A DNA stretch of 64,000 bases from Nitrospinaceae bacterium. GTDB lineage: Bacteria; Nitrospinota; Nitrospinia; Nitrospinales; VA-1. The stretch is from NCBI GenBank assembly GCA_016763735.1, contig JAESTE010000006.1, positions 778 through 64,777 on the forward strand, given 5' to 3'. The notes under the pieces are model-generated. The model was not told the DNA's origin and did no database searches. It saw only the letters and a program-made list of their open reading frames with translations. Numbering within the stretch: the stretch's first letter is position 1; the number at the start of each line of letters is the position of its first letter. Of the stretch, positions 27,192-37,380 are shown piece by piece. The translations under genes and the position numbers were made by a program.

Positions 27192-27230
27192 GGTTTGCGA
27201 GAGAGTTTGATGGCCAAGTCCTTTTTTGGG

Positions 27231-27264
27231 CGGGAAAGGGTTTTGCGGCCGGGAAAGGGTTTTG
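27231..27264. repeat. two direct copies of a 15-nt unit CGGGAAAGGGTTTTG
   Basis: Copies at 27231-27245 and 27250-27264, separated by 4 nt. They lie 40-75 nt upstream of the minus-strand ATG at 27191. Confidence 0.6.
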
Positions 27265-27320
27265 TGGGTTAAAAATACAGTGTAGTTTCATTCGTGATCA
27301 ACAATTATGGTGACATGCAA

Positions 27321-30300
27321 CTACTCACAGTCAGAGTCTGTGTCCGAGTCAATGTCGATGCCTTGTTCCTCAGTGTACAGACGGATCCTCTTGCGACTCT
27401 CGGAGTCGATCTTTACCGGCACAAAGGCCAGACGCCTCTTGACGGACCGCTCGGTGTACAACTTACGGCGGAGCTGCTGGTTCTCCTTGATGCGTTGTTG
27501 CTCACGATCCACCAAGGCATTGATCACAGTGTCAACGTTGTCCAGGCAGTTGTTGACGTAATCCTCGCGGTCCTTGCGCTCGGACAGGAGTCTGGCAAAC
27601 ATCGTCTGCTGTGCCTCGTCCACCCGCGTGTTGGCGATGTTGAGTTCCTCGACCACGGACACCATGTCTGACATGGCACCCAGCGCAGCACACTTGGGCA
27701 CCAACTCAGGGCACAGCTCGGTCACGACCACGTCCGGAGGCACCAGGTCGGTGAACTGCATCCGCGTGAGCTCGTCAAAGGTGATCTCCGTCACGATCCT
27801 CCCGTTGATGTGGAAGCGACACAGAGATGTAGGAGACAGGCCCAGGGCCACGCGCATGTTGGTGGCAAAGGCGTCGAACGTACCAATGGGGATGTAGCAC
27901 AGTCGCTTGTCCATCCTCCCCGCACAGGTCACAGTGATGGGGCGGATGCCAGCAGGGATCTTGTACAGGGGCACCACAACCACCTCATCGTCGTCTGCCA
28001 CCGTGTCGTCATCGTCCACACACTCTGCCTCGGCCACACTGACACTGTCGCTGTCGTACCCAGAGCCTTGAGCCTCCTGCTGGCTGGAGTGGTAGGAGCA
28101 GTCCGACTCGTGGTCGCTCTGGATCTCCACAGGGGAGGCAGGGGTGTCCGGCACAAAGTCGTCGTCACCGTCCAAGTCCTCCACATGGGTGATCTCCTCG
28201 TCTGTGTTGGAGGCAGGGCATGTGCGAAGACGACGCGACCTGCGCAAAGCACGCGGAGCCACAGACACCTCCTCGTCGTCACTGTCCTCCACGTCGCTGT
28301 CTGGGATCACGACGGATGCTCTGCGTGGTGAACGGCGCAGGGTAGGCACACGAGTAGGGAGAGGAGACGGTGCGCGCGACACGTCCGAGTCAGATGCCAC
28401 AGACATGTCCTCGTCTTCATCCTCCTCCTCCTCGCTCTTGTCGTCGTCAATGGAGCGATCCAAGTCCAGGTCTGCACCAGCCGGAGGAGACGTGAGGTCG
28501 TAGTCTTCGCAGGTCACGTGGGCCTTGGACAACATCTCCCGCACAGACGACTCGGGGCTGGAGGGGGAAGACGCCACAGCTGTACGCGCAGCCTTGACTG
28601 GGTACACCACAGGGTTGCTCATCTCGGTAGAGGCTTCACCCAGAGCACACGCCTTGCGCTTGGAGCAGACCGGAGTGCTGGCGGCACTGCTGGCGCTGGC
28701 GCTGGCAGACCCCACAGACGACACAGTGATGTCCTCGTCCTTGACAAAGAGCGACAAAACCTCGTGGAAGTCAGTGACGGGACGTACCCGCTCGGGGTGA
28801 TGAGCGATCGCATCCATGCACGTGTACTGCCCGTCCGCCACTTCACACAACAGAGGCGCCACGTCCGTGTTGGACATGGACTTCACCGTGGCAGGGCGTC
28901 GCTTGTAGCGCAGAGTCCCAGGGTTGCTGAACGGAACGATTGCACTCCATGCCTGCGTGCCCGCCCACACGTCTCCGACCCGATGGAGCACCCTGTGGTT
29001 GTGGCTCACCGCCATGTCCATCCCTCGCAAGGGCACACCCCACGAAGGCATACCGACCAGTTGGCGTTGAGTAGGCAGCTTCTTGTGTGCCTTCTTGTAT
29101 CCACCCTGCTCACGGTGACGAGAGGTACAGGTCTTCTTCTTGCCGTGCTCGGTGATCACCAGGCTCCGGGCCGTGCCCGCCACACGTTGAAGGCGCGGAG
29201 ACACCAGGAGACACGTACCCTGGTCGTCGCGCAGGAACGGCATGAGGTCTGCCTGGTGCACAGGAGACACGTCTGCCACCACACGCTTGTCCAGAGACGC
29301 GTAGGAGGTGTAGATGTCCATCACGCACAGCGTCAGGGCACGCATCATGTTGAGGTGCTTCATGGGTATCGGGCAGTACTTGCGGGGGACAATCACCTCC
29401 ACGTACTTGTGGCCAGAGATCCAGCCGCCTTGTGCAGAGGGAACACTGTAGGGGTCGCCTGCAGAAGGGGTGAAGGTCACGATCTGCTGCTTCCACCCGG
29501 GCACAGACACCAAGTTGGTGTTGGTCGTCACGTTGATGTAGTCGGTGTGACGACGCAGGTCATCCACGGTACGTTGAGGCCCGCCCTGGTTGCGGCGGCC
29601 CACAAGGATGGGCAGCACGGTCCAGCTGAGTAGGAAACATACCTCACGCAGGAGCTGTTCTTCGGGGAACATGGCGTGCCAGAACAAACGCTCGCCGTCC
29701 TCACGGGAGGCGAAGGGAGACGGGCTCCGGCCCATACGGGGTACGAAGGGCTCACTACACAAGACCACCACGTTGAGGGAGTCGGGGTAGAAGGCGCACA
29801 ACACCACATTGCAGTGGGTAGACACACCCACCGCCTTGAGTACCGCGATCTTGGTGGCCCAGACCCCCTCGTCAGCAGCATTGGCACACACCATGGCAGA
29901 CCAGTCGGGTCCTGCACGCAGTCGAGCCTTGATGTCGTACCCCAGACGAGCCCGAAGGACCCTGTCCTGAGGGCTGTTCACCCACACTTGGGCAACGCTG
30001 TGGTCCACCTTGGTCTCCACAGGCATGCACACAGGCACAGACTTGGGGGGGATGGACGCAGGCGAACCCAGGAAGGGGTTGACGTTGGGCTCGCGCAGCT
30101 GAGGCACAAGCATGGTGTCCTGGCTCGGGGGGTCGGACAGCAGCACCAGGGGAGTGCCCAGGGCGGGCCCATCCATGGCAGGGAAGGTGTATTCACCTAG
30201 ATCTTGGTCAAACACCGCGTCCAACAGGTTGTCGCCCATAGGAGTGGAGAGAATCCCTCCGTCAGACGGGTTCATCCCCGTAAAGTCCGCACCGATCAAG

Positions 30301-30403
30301 TCGTCCACCAAGTTACCAAATCCCTGCACACACATGAACAGTCAGCCACAGCTCCCTTTGCGTCGCGTCCAGAGCTCCTGGCACTCACCATAGCAAAAGA
30401 CAT
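27321..30403 (-). CDS. large acidic Ser/Asp-rich protein, family B paralog (spliced, two exons)
   Basis: Exon 1 is 30389-30403 (ATG TCT TTT GCT ATG). The intron is 30324-30388. Exon 2 is 27321-30323. The N-terminus (GFGNLVDDLIGADFTGMNP...PMGDNLLDAVFD), the VPVCMPVE motif and the C-terminus (IDIDSDTDSDCE) all match the 36378-37347 gene. Long acidic/Ser tracts. Confidence 0.65.
30324..30388 (-). other. 65-nt spliceosomal intron
   Basis: In minus sense the sequence reads ATGTCTTTTGCTATG|GTGAGTGCC...CATGTGTGTGCAG|GGATTTGG. Both junctions are in phase 0. The intron is at the same position as the intron in the paralog at 36381-36447. Confidence 0.65.
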
Positions 30404-30449
30404 AGTTTCGGGGTTTGGGATATTTCGGATATTTCGGGATTTACTGAAA

Positions 30450-30806
30450 ATTTGGACTTTGACTTTTGGAATTATGAACCAAAAGCCAAGTCGTCGACCA
30501 CCAAGTCGACTCAAGAATGGGAAAATTTGGACGACCACCGGAATATATCAGGATGGCCAAAATTTGGACGACCCTCCCCGATCATCCTCTTGGCCATTTT
30601 TTTGACACCACACCAAAAAGTCACAAAGAGGTGGAAAACACCGGACACAACCAGTTGAACTTTTTGTTTTCTTGGGTGGGGTGCACTTCAAACTTTTGAG
30701 AATCTTGATAAATTCCGGTGGTCGTCCAAATTTTGTCAATCCTGAGTCGACTTGGTGGTCTTCGACTTGAACTTTTCGTCACAATTCCAAAAGTCAAAGT
30801 CCAAAA
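30450..30806. repeat. imperfect inverted repeat (103-bp arms) forming a mirror-symmetric divergent promoter
   Basis: Left arm 30450-30552 and right arm 30704-30806 are reverse complements at roughly 80 percent identity by eye. Each arm carries GAGTCGACTTGGTGGTC and AATTCCAAAAGTCAAAGTCCAAA. The region is locally AT-rich. A third copy of AAAATTTGGACGACC lies in the spacer. Confidence 0.75.
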
Positions 30807-30831
30807 ATACTTCAAGTCTAAAAAGTTCACC

Positions 30832-32669
30832 ATGAAGCGAGCAGCCGAAGAGATGGGTGCGGTGCACAACGAACGTGTGCGCAAGGCGGTGTGCCCCAAC
30901 GAACTCCATGACGACGTCGCAGGGATCGCGAGTCGTTCCTTGAACACCTTCAAGGTTACGTTGGTTCGAGCCCCCCGTGAAATCGACTCCATCCACATGA
31001 CGGCCCGGGAGTACTACATCAACGCAGAGTTTGCGAGTTTGGTACGCAGAGGGGACATCTACAGGAACGAAGACTGGGAGAGCCTGGGCGGATCCACGGT
31101 ACGTCGCTCGGTACGTCTTTGTGTGCAGCCTTCTGTGTAGAGGGACACGCACTGACACACGACACTTGTATGCATACACAGACCACGTTGTCCGACGTGT
31201 TCACCCCTGGTCTACCAACTGGAGGCATGTGTGACCCGGACATGGCTGGAATACAGACCCTCATCAACCCCTCCACGACCTTCACGTACAGGTCCCGCGC
31301 AGTGAACCGGTACGCTAACCTCACCCACGCCTTCCCTCCTGTGGCCACCCGCCCAGGCTTCAACTTGTATGCGTCCTACACCCCGCCGACTGCGGCCCAT
31401 CCACGTCTCACCCACACCCGCCTGGACCTGCACTGGCTGCGCATGGACGTGAGCGACTTCCTGTCACGCGCTGTGTTCGACACCGACGACACGTACACCT
31501 CGTACAACGTGGCGGTCAATGCCATCACGGTGGGGATCTACAAGGCGTGTCTGGCCCGTGTCGCTTCCAGTATGCACTGCCGGGGAGACCTGAACAAGTT
31601 GCTACGGGATGACGCAGATGGCATATCGGTCTTTGCCCACGCCCTTCTGCCCGCGGTGTGTCTGCCTGGCATGGATGTCGACGTCAACACAGACGTCATC
31701 ACGGTCCGTGAACCCCTGACCTCACTTGAATCCTTCTCGTTTGTCTTCGGGCCACCCAAGGATGACGACCCCTCCATGTTGCCTGGCATGCGCAAGAGGT
31801 ACACCGTCCCCCGGATCCGCCACATGGTCACACACATTGCGCTAGGCAGATGCCACGACCTGGAGGAGGTGTACACGTACATGTGCCAAGGGAAGGGCAC
31901 CCCCACCATTGCCTTGGCCACGCCCAGCTCGGCGACCGGTCCCCTGGGCGACCAGTCCAGTACAGTGATCATTGACATGCTGTTCGCCAACACTCAACTG
32001 CACGAGATGGGGTTGATCACCACGGCTGACCTGTGCCCCCACGACCCAGGCGTGGTCTTCATAGACTGTCGACTGTCCTATGCGTCTGTCGGCCTCGTTG
32101 ACTACGTGCTCTACGTCAAGTACGTCACCATCAAAGGCATATGCTTTGACCAAGGCACTCAGTGTATCCTGATGACCGTGTCCATGGACCTGGCAGCGGT
32201 GGCGTTCGAGCGGAAAGGGCAGCACATCCAACTACACGACGAAGTGTACGACAGGGTCGTCTACCGTGACACCCTCGTTACCGTGAACGTGACCTACGTC
32301 CTCAACCGACGGGTGCCGGTACACACGTCCATGGCCACCGACTGCCGCCGGTACAAGCAACACGAGTTGGGTCACCACAAGACTCTCTTTGCGTGGAAGC
32401 AGTATGGCTTGTCCATCAAAACACACGACCTGCCCTTCCCTCCCTACAACAACCCAGGCATGGTCACGAGTCGGTTCGAGACCGAGGTCCGGGATTTTGT
32501 GACCTGTGACGGCGGAGGCATGGGCTGGTTCATTGTACGCTCTGTGGCCCACCGCATTGGGACACAGAACTTGTTGGAGAGTTCCATGGACCAAGTCACT
32601 GACCCGCACACACGCAAAACACACACCTTCCCCGCTGACATCCACAACCTTATCCTGTCGTACGTGTAG
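30832..32669 (+). CDS. family A protein, paralog 1 (spliced, two exons)
   Basis: Exon 1 is 30832-31098 (ttcaccATGa). The intron is 31099-31181, with an alternative donor at 31111. Exon 2 is 31182-32669. It shares TADLCPHDPG and the C-terminal FPADIHNLILSYV motif with the genes at 40829-42748 and 42832-44310. Confidence 0.6.
31099..31181 (+). other. 83-nt (or 71-nt) spliceosomal intron
   Basis: ACG|GTACGTCGCTCG|GTACGTC...TGCATACACAG|ACC. Both tandem GTACGT donors (31099 and 31111) keep the frame. The acceptor at 31181 joins the frame of track ORF 30718..31140 to that of ORF 31119..32669. Confidence 0.55.
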
Positions 32670-32766
32670 TTTTAACGCGAATACACTGTTCCCTTCGTAG
32701 TTGGAATCATTGCTTCTGTAAGTAGTTGTATTTGAGTCCGTGCTGTATCTCCCTGTGCACGTAGCC

Positions 32767-33744
32767 ATGGCCTTCAGCACGTCCAATGACATGACAGGCG
32801 GCTACCCGTTCGGCGGCTTGGCCAGCGGTCCGCCCGGCCCTACCCAGGGCCATGTGTTCCCTTCCATGCCCAGTGCCAGCGGGGTGCCCTCTGAGAACTC
32901 CATGGAAACAGACGACATCGGACAGCAGCACAACCTGGGACGGCTGCGGGTGGCACACACCTACAACGTCATCCTCAACAAGAAGAATGCGTACCCTGCC
33001 ACCGAAGACATGGGCCCCAACCAGTTGGTGTTCTGCTACCGCCACAAGACCTGTGACAAGTTCACCCCGGGCTTTACCCAGTTCAGGTCCGTGTCCGCCA
33101 TGAACAAGTACATGATCTCTTCGCAAGGCCGCCGCCACTACGGCAACGCCAAGTTCGCGTCGGTCGTCATGGAGGACTGGGCCTTCCTGGGGTGCCAACA
33201 AACCGACACCAACCGCTACACCAACCAGATGGACGCCGCCGTCACGGTGCATGTGGCCCATCGATGCCGCACACCCAACATCTGGCTGATCAACGGCAAC
33301 GTGGGACAAGGCGACCTGTTGTGGCTGCTGCTGCGACGCAAGGAGTTCGCCTCCGACACCCAGTCGGGACTGGACAGCATGCGAATCAACTCCATGACCG
33401 GGGTGCAAGAAGGCAAGCAACGCGAGGTCAAGAGTCAGAACAGCTACGCGGCCGTGGCCATGGGTGTGGCACAGCCGGCAACCCCTACACCCGACCTCTA
33501 TTGGGTGTACGAGCCCTTTGTCACCCGAAAGAACGAAGCCCCGCCCCATCAGCTGCTGGGATCAGTGGGCGAGGGTTGGTTCGGCGCACCCTTGTTGGTG
33601 GGCACAGCCTCCGACCTCTACGGACAGCCCGACCCTAGCCGCTACCGGGCCGCGGCCCTACAGGCCGTCTTCCCCAAGTCCAAGTCCTTCAAGGAACCCC
33701 TCTACCGTTTGCCCGAAGTCGAGGTCATGCTAGGGGTCAAGTGA
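32767..33744 (+). CDS. hypothetical protein (325 aa)
   Basis: The track ORF starts with GTG at 32740. The first ATG is at 32767 in gtagccATGg. The composition looks globular and beta-rich. No motif recognised. Confidence 0.6.
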   Translation: MAFSTSNDMTGGYPFGGLASGPPGPTQGHVFPSMPSASGVPSENSMETDDIGQQHNLGRLRVAHTYNVILNKKNAYPATEDMGPNQLVFCYRHKTCDKFTPGFTQFRSVSAMNKYMISSQGRRHYGNAKFASVVMEDWAFLGCQQTDTNRYTNQMDAAVTVHVAHRCRTPNIWLINGNVGQGDLLWLLLRRKEFASDTQSGLDSMRINSMTGVQEGKQREVKSQNSYAAVAMGVAQPATPTPDLYWVYEPFVTRKNEAPPHQLLGSVGEGWFGAPLLVGTASDLYGQPDPSRYRAAALQAVFPKSKSFKEPLYRLPEVEVMLGVK

Positions 33745-33755
33745 TGTACATTCAT

Positions 33756-34766
33756 TCATTTCCCGTGGTAATGCATGAAAAAGCTTTTGGCAATCGCCAT
33801 TGACCTGTTCAACACGTCCAGTGACGTGTCGCGGGCCCACACGGTCCCGGCGGTTTGTGCAATAAACATGAGTTGTGCCCCTACCCACATGGCCAGGTTC
33901 TCCCGCACGTTAGGCCTGGTGATCAGCTCCACAAACAGCAGCTCCCCTGATTCACGTGACGTCTGGGTGCGGACAAACAGCAAGGCGTTGGTCATGGCGC
34001 CCAGGATACTGTCCTCAAAGTAGGGCGTCAGGCGGTCAATGGAGATCATGTGGTCTCGGGCCGCCCCTCCGTCAGCCGTGCGCTTGAACGTGTCTGCCCG
34101 GGTCGCCGCATCAGGGTCGGGCACACGCTGAAACTGCTCCACGGTGTGGTTGCTCTGTGCCGCCACCAGCCGGGCGAACGAGGTGAACTCACGCACAAAC
34201 AAGGGCGGGCCTTGGGCCATTTGAGCGGCCTGGTACGTGCCGGTGGGGAAGGGGAACACCAGCTCGTCCTCTGCGTCCATGGGTACAGGCCGGGCCGGAG
34301 CAATCCGCATGCGTGGGGCCCCGCCTCGACGTACCCGGTACAGTTCCAACGTGACCTGGCGCAAGTCTTCGTAGTTCAACCCGCTCAGTACCGGGGCGGC
34401 GTACGCAGCCACCTCCTCTAGCCGAGCCCGGTCCTCTTGCTGGAGTTGCTCGCCTCGGGACCCGGGGATAAACCGTGCGACTTGAGGGGGCCGGTTCACG
34501 TCGGACTCCTCTGCCTCGTCCACCCTGTGCAGCTCCTCCTGGGTCCCGCGCCCAAAGGGTTGTACAGCAGGGTCGTCGTCTCCTCTGCGTCGAGAGGGTG
34601 CGGCCCGGACAAAGGGCCGAGACTTGAGCTCGCGCGCGAACAAGGCCAAGTTGCGGTCCACTTTTTTGCGCCACTCGTCTAGGCGGAGCTTGGACACGCC
34701 AGGGTTCTCCCCGAACTCGGGGGGCCCTAGTTTCCTTTTGCTCCTGGCCACACGTGCCGCGGCCAT
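33756..34766 (-). CDS. hypothetical protein (336 aa)
   Basis: The track ORF starts with TTG at 34832. The ATG at 34766 is in ctaccATGg; an alternative ATG at 34811 has a weaker context. Basic N-terminus (ARSKRKL). No motif recognised. Confidence 0.55.
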   Translation of the reverse strand: MAAARVARSKRKLGPPEFGENPGVSKLRLDEWRKKVDRNLALFARELKSRPFVRAAPSRRRGDDDPAVQPFGRGTQEELHRVDEAEESDVNRPPQVARFIPGSRGEQLQQEDRARLEEVAAYAAPVLSGLNYEDLRQVTLELYRVRRGGAPRMRIAPARPVPMDAEDELVFPFPTGTYQAAQMAQGPPLFVREFTSFARLVAAQSNHTVEQFQRVPDPDAATRADTFKRTADGGAARDHMISIDRLTPYFEDSILGAMTNALLFVRTQTSRESGELLFVELITRPNVRENLAMWVGAQLMFIAQTAGTVWARDTSLDVLNRSMAIAKSFFMHYHGK

Positions 34767-34815
34767 GGTAGATACATCTCTACACACCAAGGCATCCGTG
34801 TGTACAAGCATCTGT

Positions 34816-35388
34816 TTAATTTCCGTCCGCAATGTGCTGGATCAAACGGGACACGTGAGGGTGCAACAACGCTTGCTGCATGGGGTTGTGTACGTAGCGA
34901 GGCAGCGGCACCCGGGCCAGCATGTTCTCAAAACTGTGTTCGCAACTCTTCAAAAAGGTGGCGGTGCGCAGGATGGCCTGGGCCTCCAGGTGCACGTGTC
35001 CGGCGGGCATGCGTGTCTTGTGTTTCCTGCGCTTGACTGGCGTCGCCACCACAGGAGCCGGCGCGATGTATTCGTTGACTTGGTCCAAAGGCGGCACCAC
35101 CACGGCTACGTCACTGGACATGGGCGGCACCAGCTTCTCCAGGGTGTCCATGCAGTCGGTCTCCTCCTCACACACGCCCTTCTTGAGGTCGTTCCACCTC
35201 TGCGCGGCGTCAGCACTGGCGTGGGTGACCCACCCCACGTATTGTTTGATCAGACCTTTGGTGTCTTCGTGTGGCTGCAGTCCCCCGGCCGTGAGGACCG
35301 CGTGCAAGTTCCACTTCATGTGGTCGGGGTCCACCCCTCCCAGTTCAGCCGAGGCAAACTCGCGTCGTTTCTTGTCCAGTGAAGACAT
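34816..35388 (-). CDS. hypothetical protein (190 aa)
   Basis: The track ORF starts with GTG at 35391; the ATG is at 35388. ATTAAA (34815-34820, minus sense) overlaps the TAA stop. No motif recognised. Confidence 0.5.
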   Translation of the reverse strand: MSSLDKKRREFASAELGGVDPDHMKWNLHAVLTAGGLQPHEDTKGLIKQYVGWVTHASADAAQRWNDLKKGVCEEETDCMDTLEKLVPPMSSDVAVVVPPLDQVNEYIAPAPVVATPVKRRKHKTRMPAGHVHLEAQAILRTATFLKSCEHSFENMLARVPLPRYVHNPMQQALLHPHVSRLIQHIADGN

Positions 35389-35424
35389 CACCGCGTCGCT
35401 ATACAGTTAAGGTATCAGGCATAC

Positions 35425-36207
35425 ATGTATACTCCGGGTCTCCTTGTATGCGAGTGCATGGACGGAGAGAGCTTGAACTACGACGACCAATGCGCCGGGA
35501 CCGCCGGCTTTGACAAACGTGTGTCCCACTCCTTCACGGTTGCCCCCCCTTCGCAACGGCACCGCCTGGTGGTGACCCAGCACACCAAGCACGCCCACCA
35601 CCACGCCCATCACCACCACAAACACCCCAAGCACGCCATGAACACGCTACCTGTCGACTCCGAAGACTCTACAGCTCCCCTCACCGGCGGGCAAGACGAT
35701 CGCTACAACGCCAAGGGCCGGGTGTACGCGTCCGAACCCCTGGAACGCATGCACGGCAGGTCCAGTGACCACTCCACCCGCATGGACCAAGCCCCCTTTG
35801 CCAAGGGCGAACGTGTGGTGCCCATTGCCTGCTGCGGGCTGCTGCTGGTGTTTGTCATGACGGCCACCGTGGCCACCATCGCGGTGTTCCTGGCCCAAGA
35901 CAGCCACGCCATGGCCGAGCTCAACGTCCGGCTGACTGCGTACCTGGACACCTTCGACAAGAGCGGCACCATGCAGAACCTCAAACAAATCAACGTGGAC
36001 TACGAACAGCGCCTGAGAGAGACCATCTTGCAAGCCTCCGACTCCGTACGCAAGGCCAACCTGCTCGTCAGCGACATCGTCACCACTACCAACCACGCCG
36101 GACTGGTGCAAGAGATACGTGAGTTTGCAGTGGAGTACCGTCAATGGATGGCACGCATCGACCACTTGCTCAACCACACGGCGTTGCACCTCAACATCAA
36201 CTTGTAG
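35425..36207 (+). CDS. His-rich type II membrane protein
   Basis: 260 aa. The N-terminal region contains HTKHAHHHAHHHHKHPKH. Single TM VVPIACCGLLLVFVMTATVATIAVFL. Helical C-terminal domain of about 105 aa. Confidence 0.55.
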   Translation: MYTPGLLVCECMDGESLNYDDQCAGTAGFDKRVSHSFTVAPPSQRHRLVVTQHTKHAHHHAHHHHKHPKHAMNTLPVDSEDSTAPLTGGQDDRYNAKGRVYASEPLERMHGRSSDHSTRMDQAPFAKGERVVPIACCGLLLVFVMTATVATIAVFLAQDSHAMAELNVRLTAYLDTFDKSGTMQNLKQINVDYEQRLRETILQASDSVRKANLLVSDIVTTTNHAGLVQEIREFAVEYRQWMARIDHLLNHTALHLNINL

Positions 36208-36377
36208 TGCGCCAGAAATGAGTTGAAATAGATGGTCGTAATATTTGGTACATCACTGCAATACTATTCGGCCCGAAAAAGTGCGAGCGGTCAGAACCGG
36301 ACAAGCGCACGTGCCAACTTCCGACTGACGAAAATTTAGGCATCGCTGCACACCCCGTGGCACGACACGACACGACC

Positions 36378-37347
36378 ATGGTACGGAACATGCCAGATCC
36401 TACACCAGCGAGAGACATGTGATCCCCTCTGCCGTCCTCTGTTACAGGAATCCAGAGACTTTCTGGACAACATGCGTGTGTGGGATTTCAGCCCGTTGAA
36501 CCCGGTAGGGGATGAATGGGCGATGGAGTTTCCGATGGGGGACACGCTCTTCGACCAAGTTCAGGACATGCACACCTACCCCCTCCCTGGCGACGACAAC
36601 CTGGTCGATCTCCTGGTCGCCGATGATGGCCGTGGACAGGTGGCAGCGTTAACAGCGCCCCTTGCCGCAACGTCAACCCGGCGCATAGTATCGCCGCTGT
36701 ATGCGCCCCCGGACCCGTGTGCAACTGTGCCTGCGTGCATGCCTGTGGCCAAGATCTTCCCACAGCCTCCATCCGTGTCGCCGCGCGCCATCCAGCCCGG
36801 GGGGGGCTGCGACCTGAAGGTGTCCCCTGAAGCGTCTCTGGACACCGATGCGTCCACGCTCCCGCGTCCTGTGCGTCGTTCATCCAGGCTTCTCGCGTCG
36901 CGCATTGTGCGTGAATTGGCCGGCACTGAGTCAGACATGGTGGTGGTGGACGACATCGACGCAGACGACGACGACTTCGTGCCCGAAGAGGACAAGTGCT
37001 TGACCAACACCCCCTCCATGGAGGTGGTAGTGGAGCCCCACGAGACCGTGGCCGCGGGCGACGGGCTGCTCGACACGCGGCTGGACGACATGTACCGGTC
37101 TGTGTTCCGCCAGTTCAGCACCGAGCATAAGGCGCAGGCCGGCCTCGTGGATCGATGCCTGGAATTCCTGGCACTGAGCGATTTCGAGGCTCGGTGCCAG
37201 ATGGAAGAGCGTGCTCCGCAACCCCAGCCACAGACCGACTTCGCGGCCCGGTGCCTAGTCGAGTATCGTGCTCCGCAGCCCCCGCGGGTGCGGATGCGTA
37301 CGGAGGCAGACGACATAGAGATCGACACTGACACCGAGTCTGAGTAG
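36378..37347 (+). CDS. acidic protein, family B paralog (spliced; first coding exon is only ATG)
   Basis: Exon 1 is 36378-36380 (cgaccATG|GTACGG). The intron is 36381-36447 (...CTCTGTTACAG|GAA). Exon 2 is 36448-37347. The 8 codons upstream of the track ATG (36472) are open and homologous to the paralog: ESRDFLDNMRVWDFSPLNP versus GFGNLVDDLIGADFTGMNP. Confidence 0.55.
36381..36447 (+). other. 67-nt spliceosomal intron
   Basis: GTACGG donor directly after an ATG. Polypyrimidine-rich CCTCTGCCGTCCTCTGTTACAG acceptor. The junction lies exactly 19 residues before the conserved NP, as in the paralog. Confidence 0.55.
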
Positions 37348-37370
37348 TTGGATTTATGAACGTCAATCAA

Positions 37371-37380
37371 TTAGATCTAA
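37371..37380. terminator. 10-bp palindrome at a convergent gene junction
   Basis: TTAGATCTAA overlaps the stop (37377-37379) of the minus-strand zinc-finger gene, 24 nt after the plus-strand stop. The function is inferred only. Confidence 0.2.
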
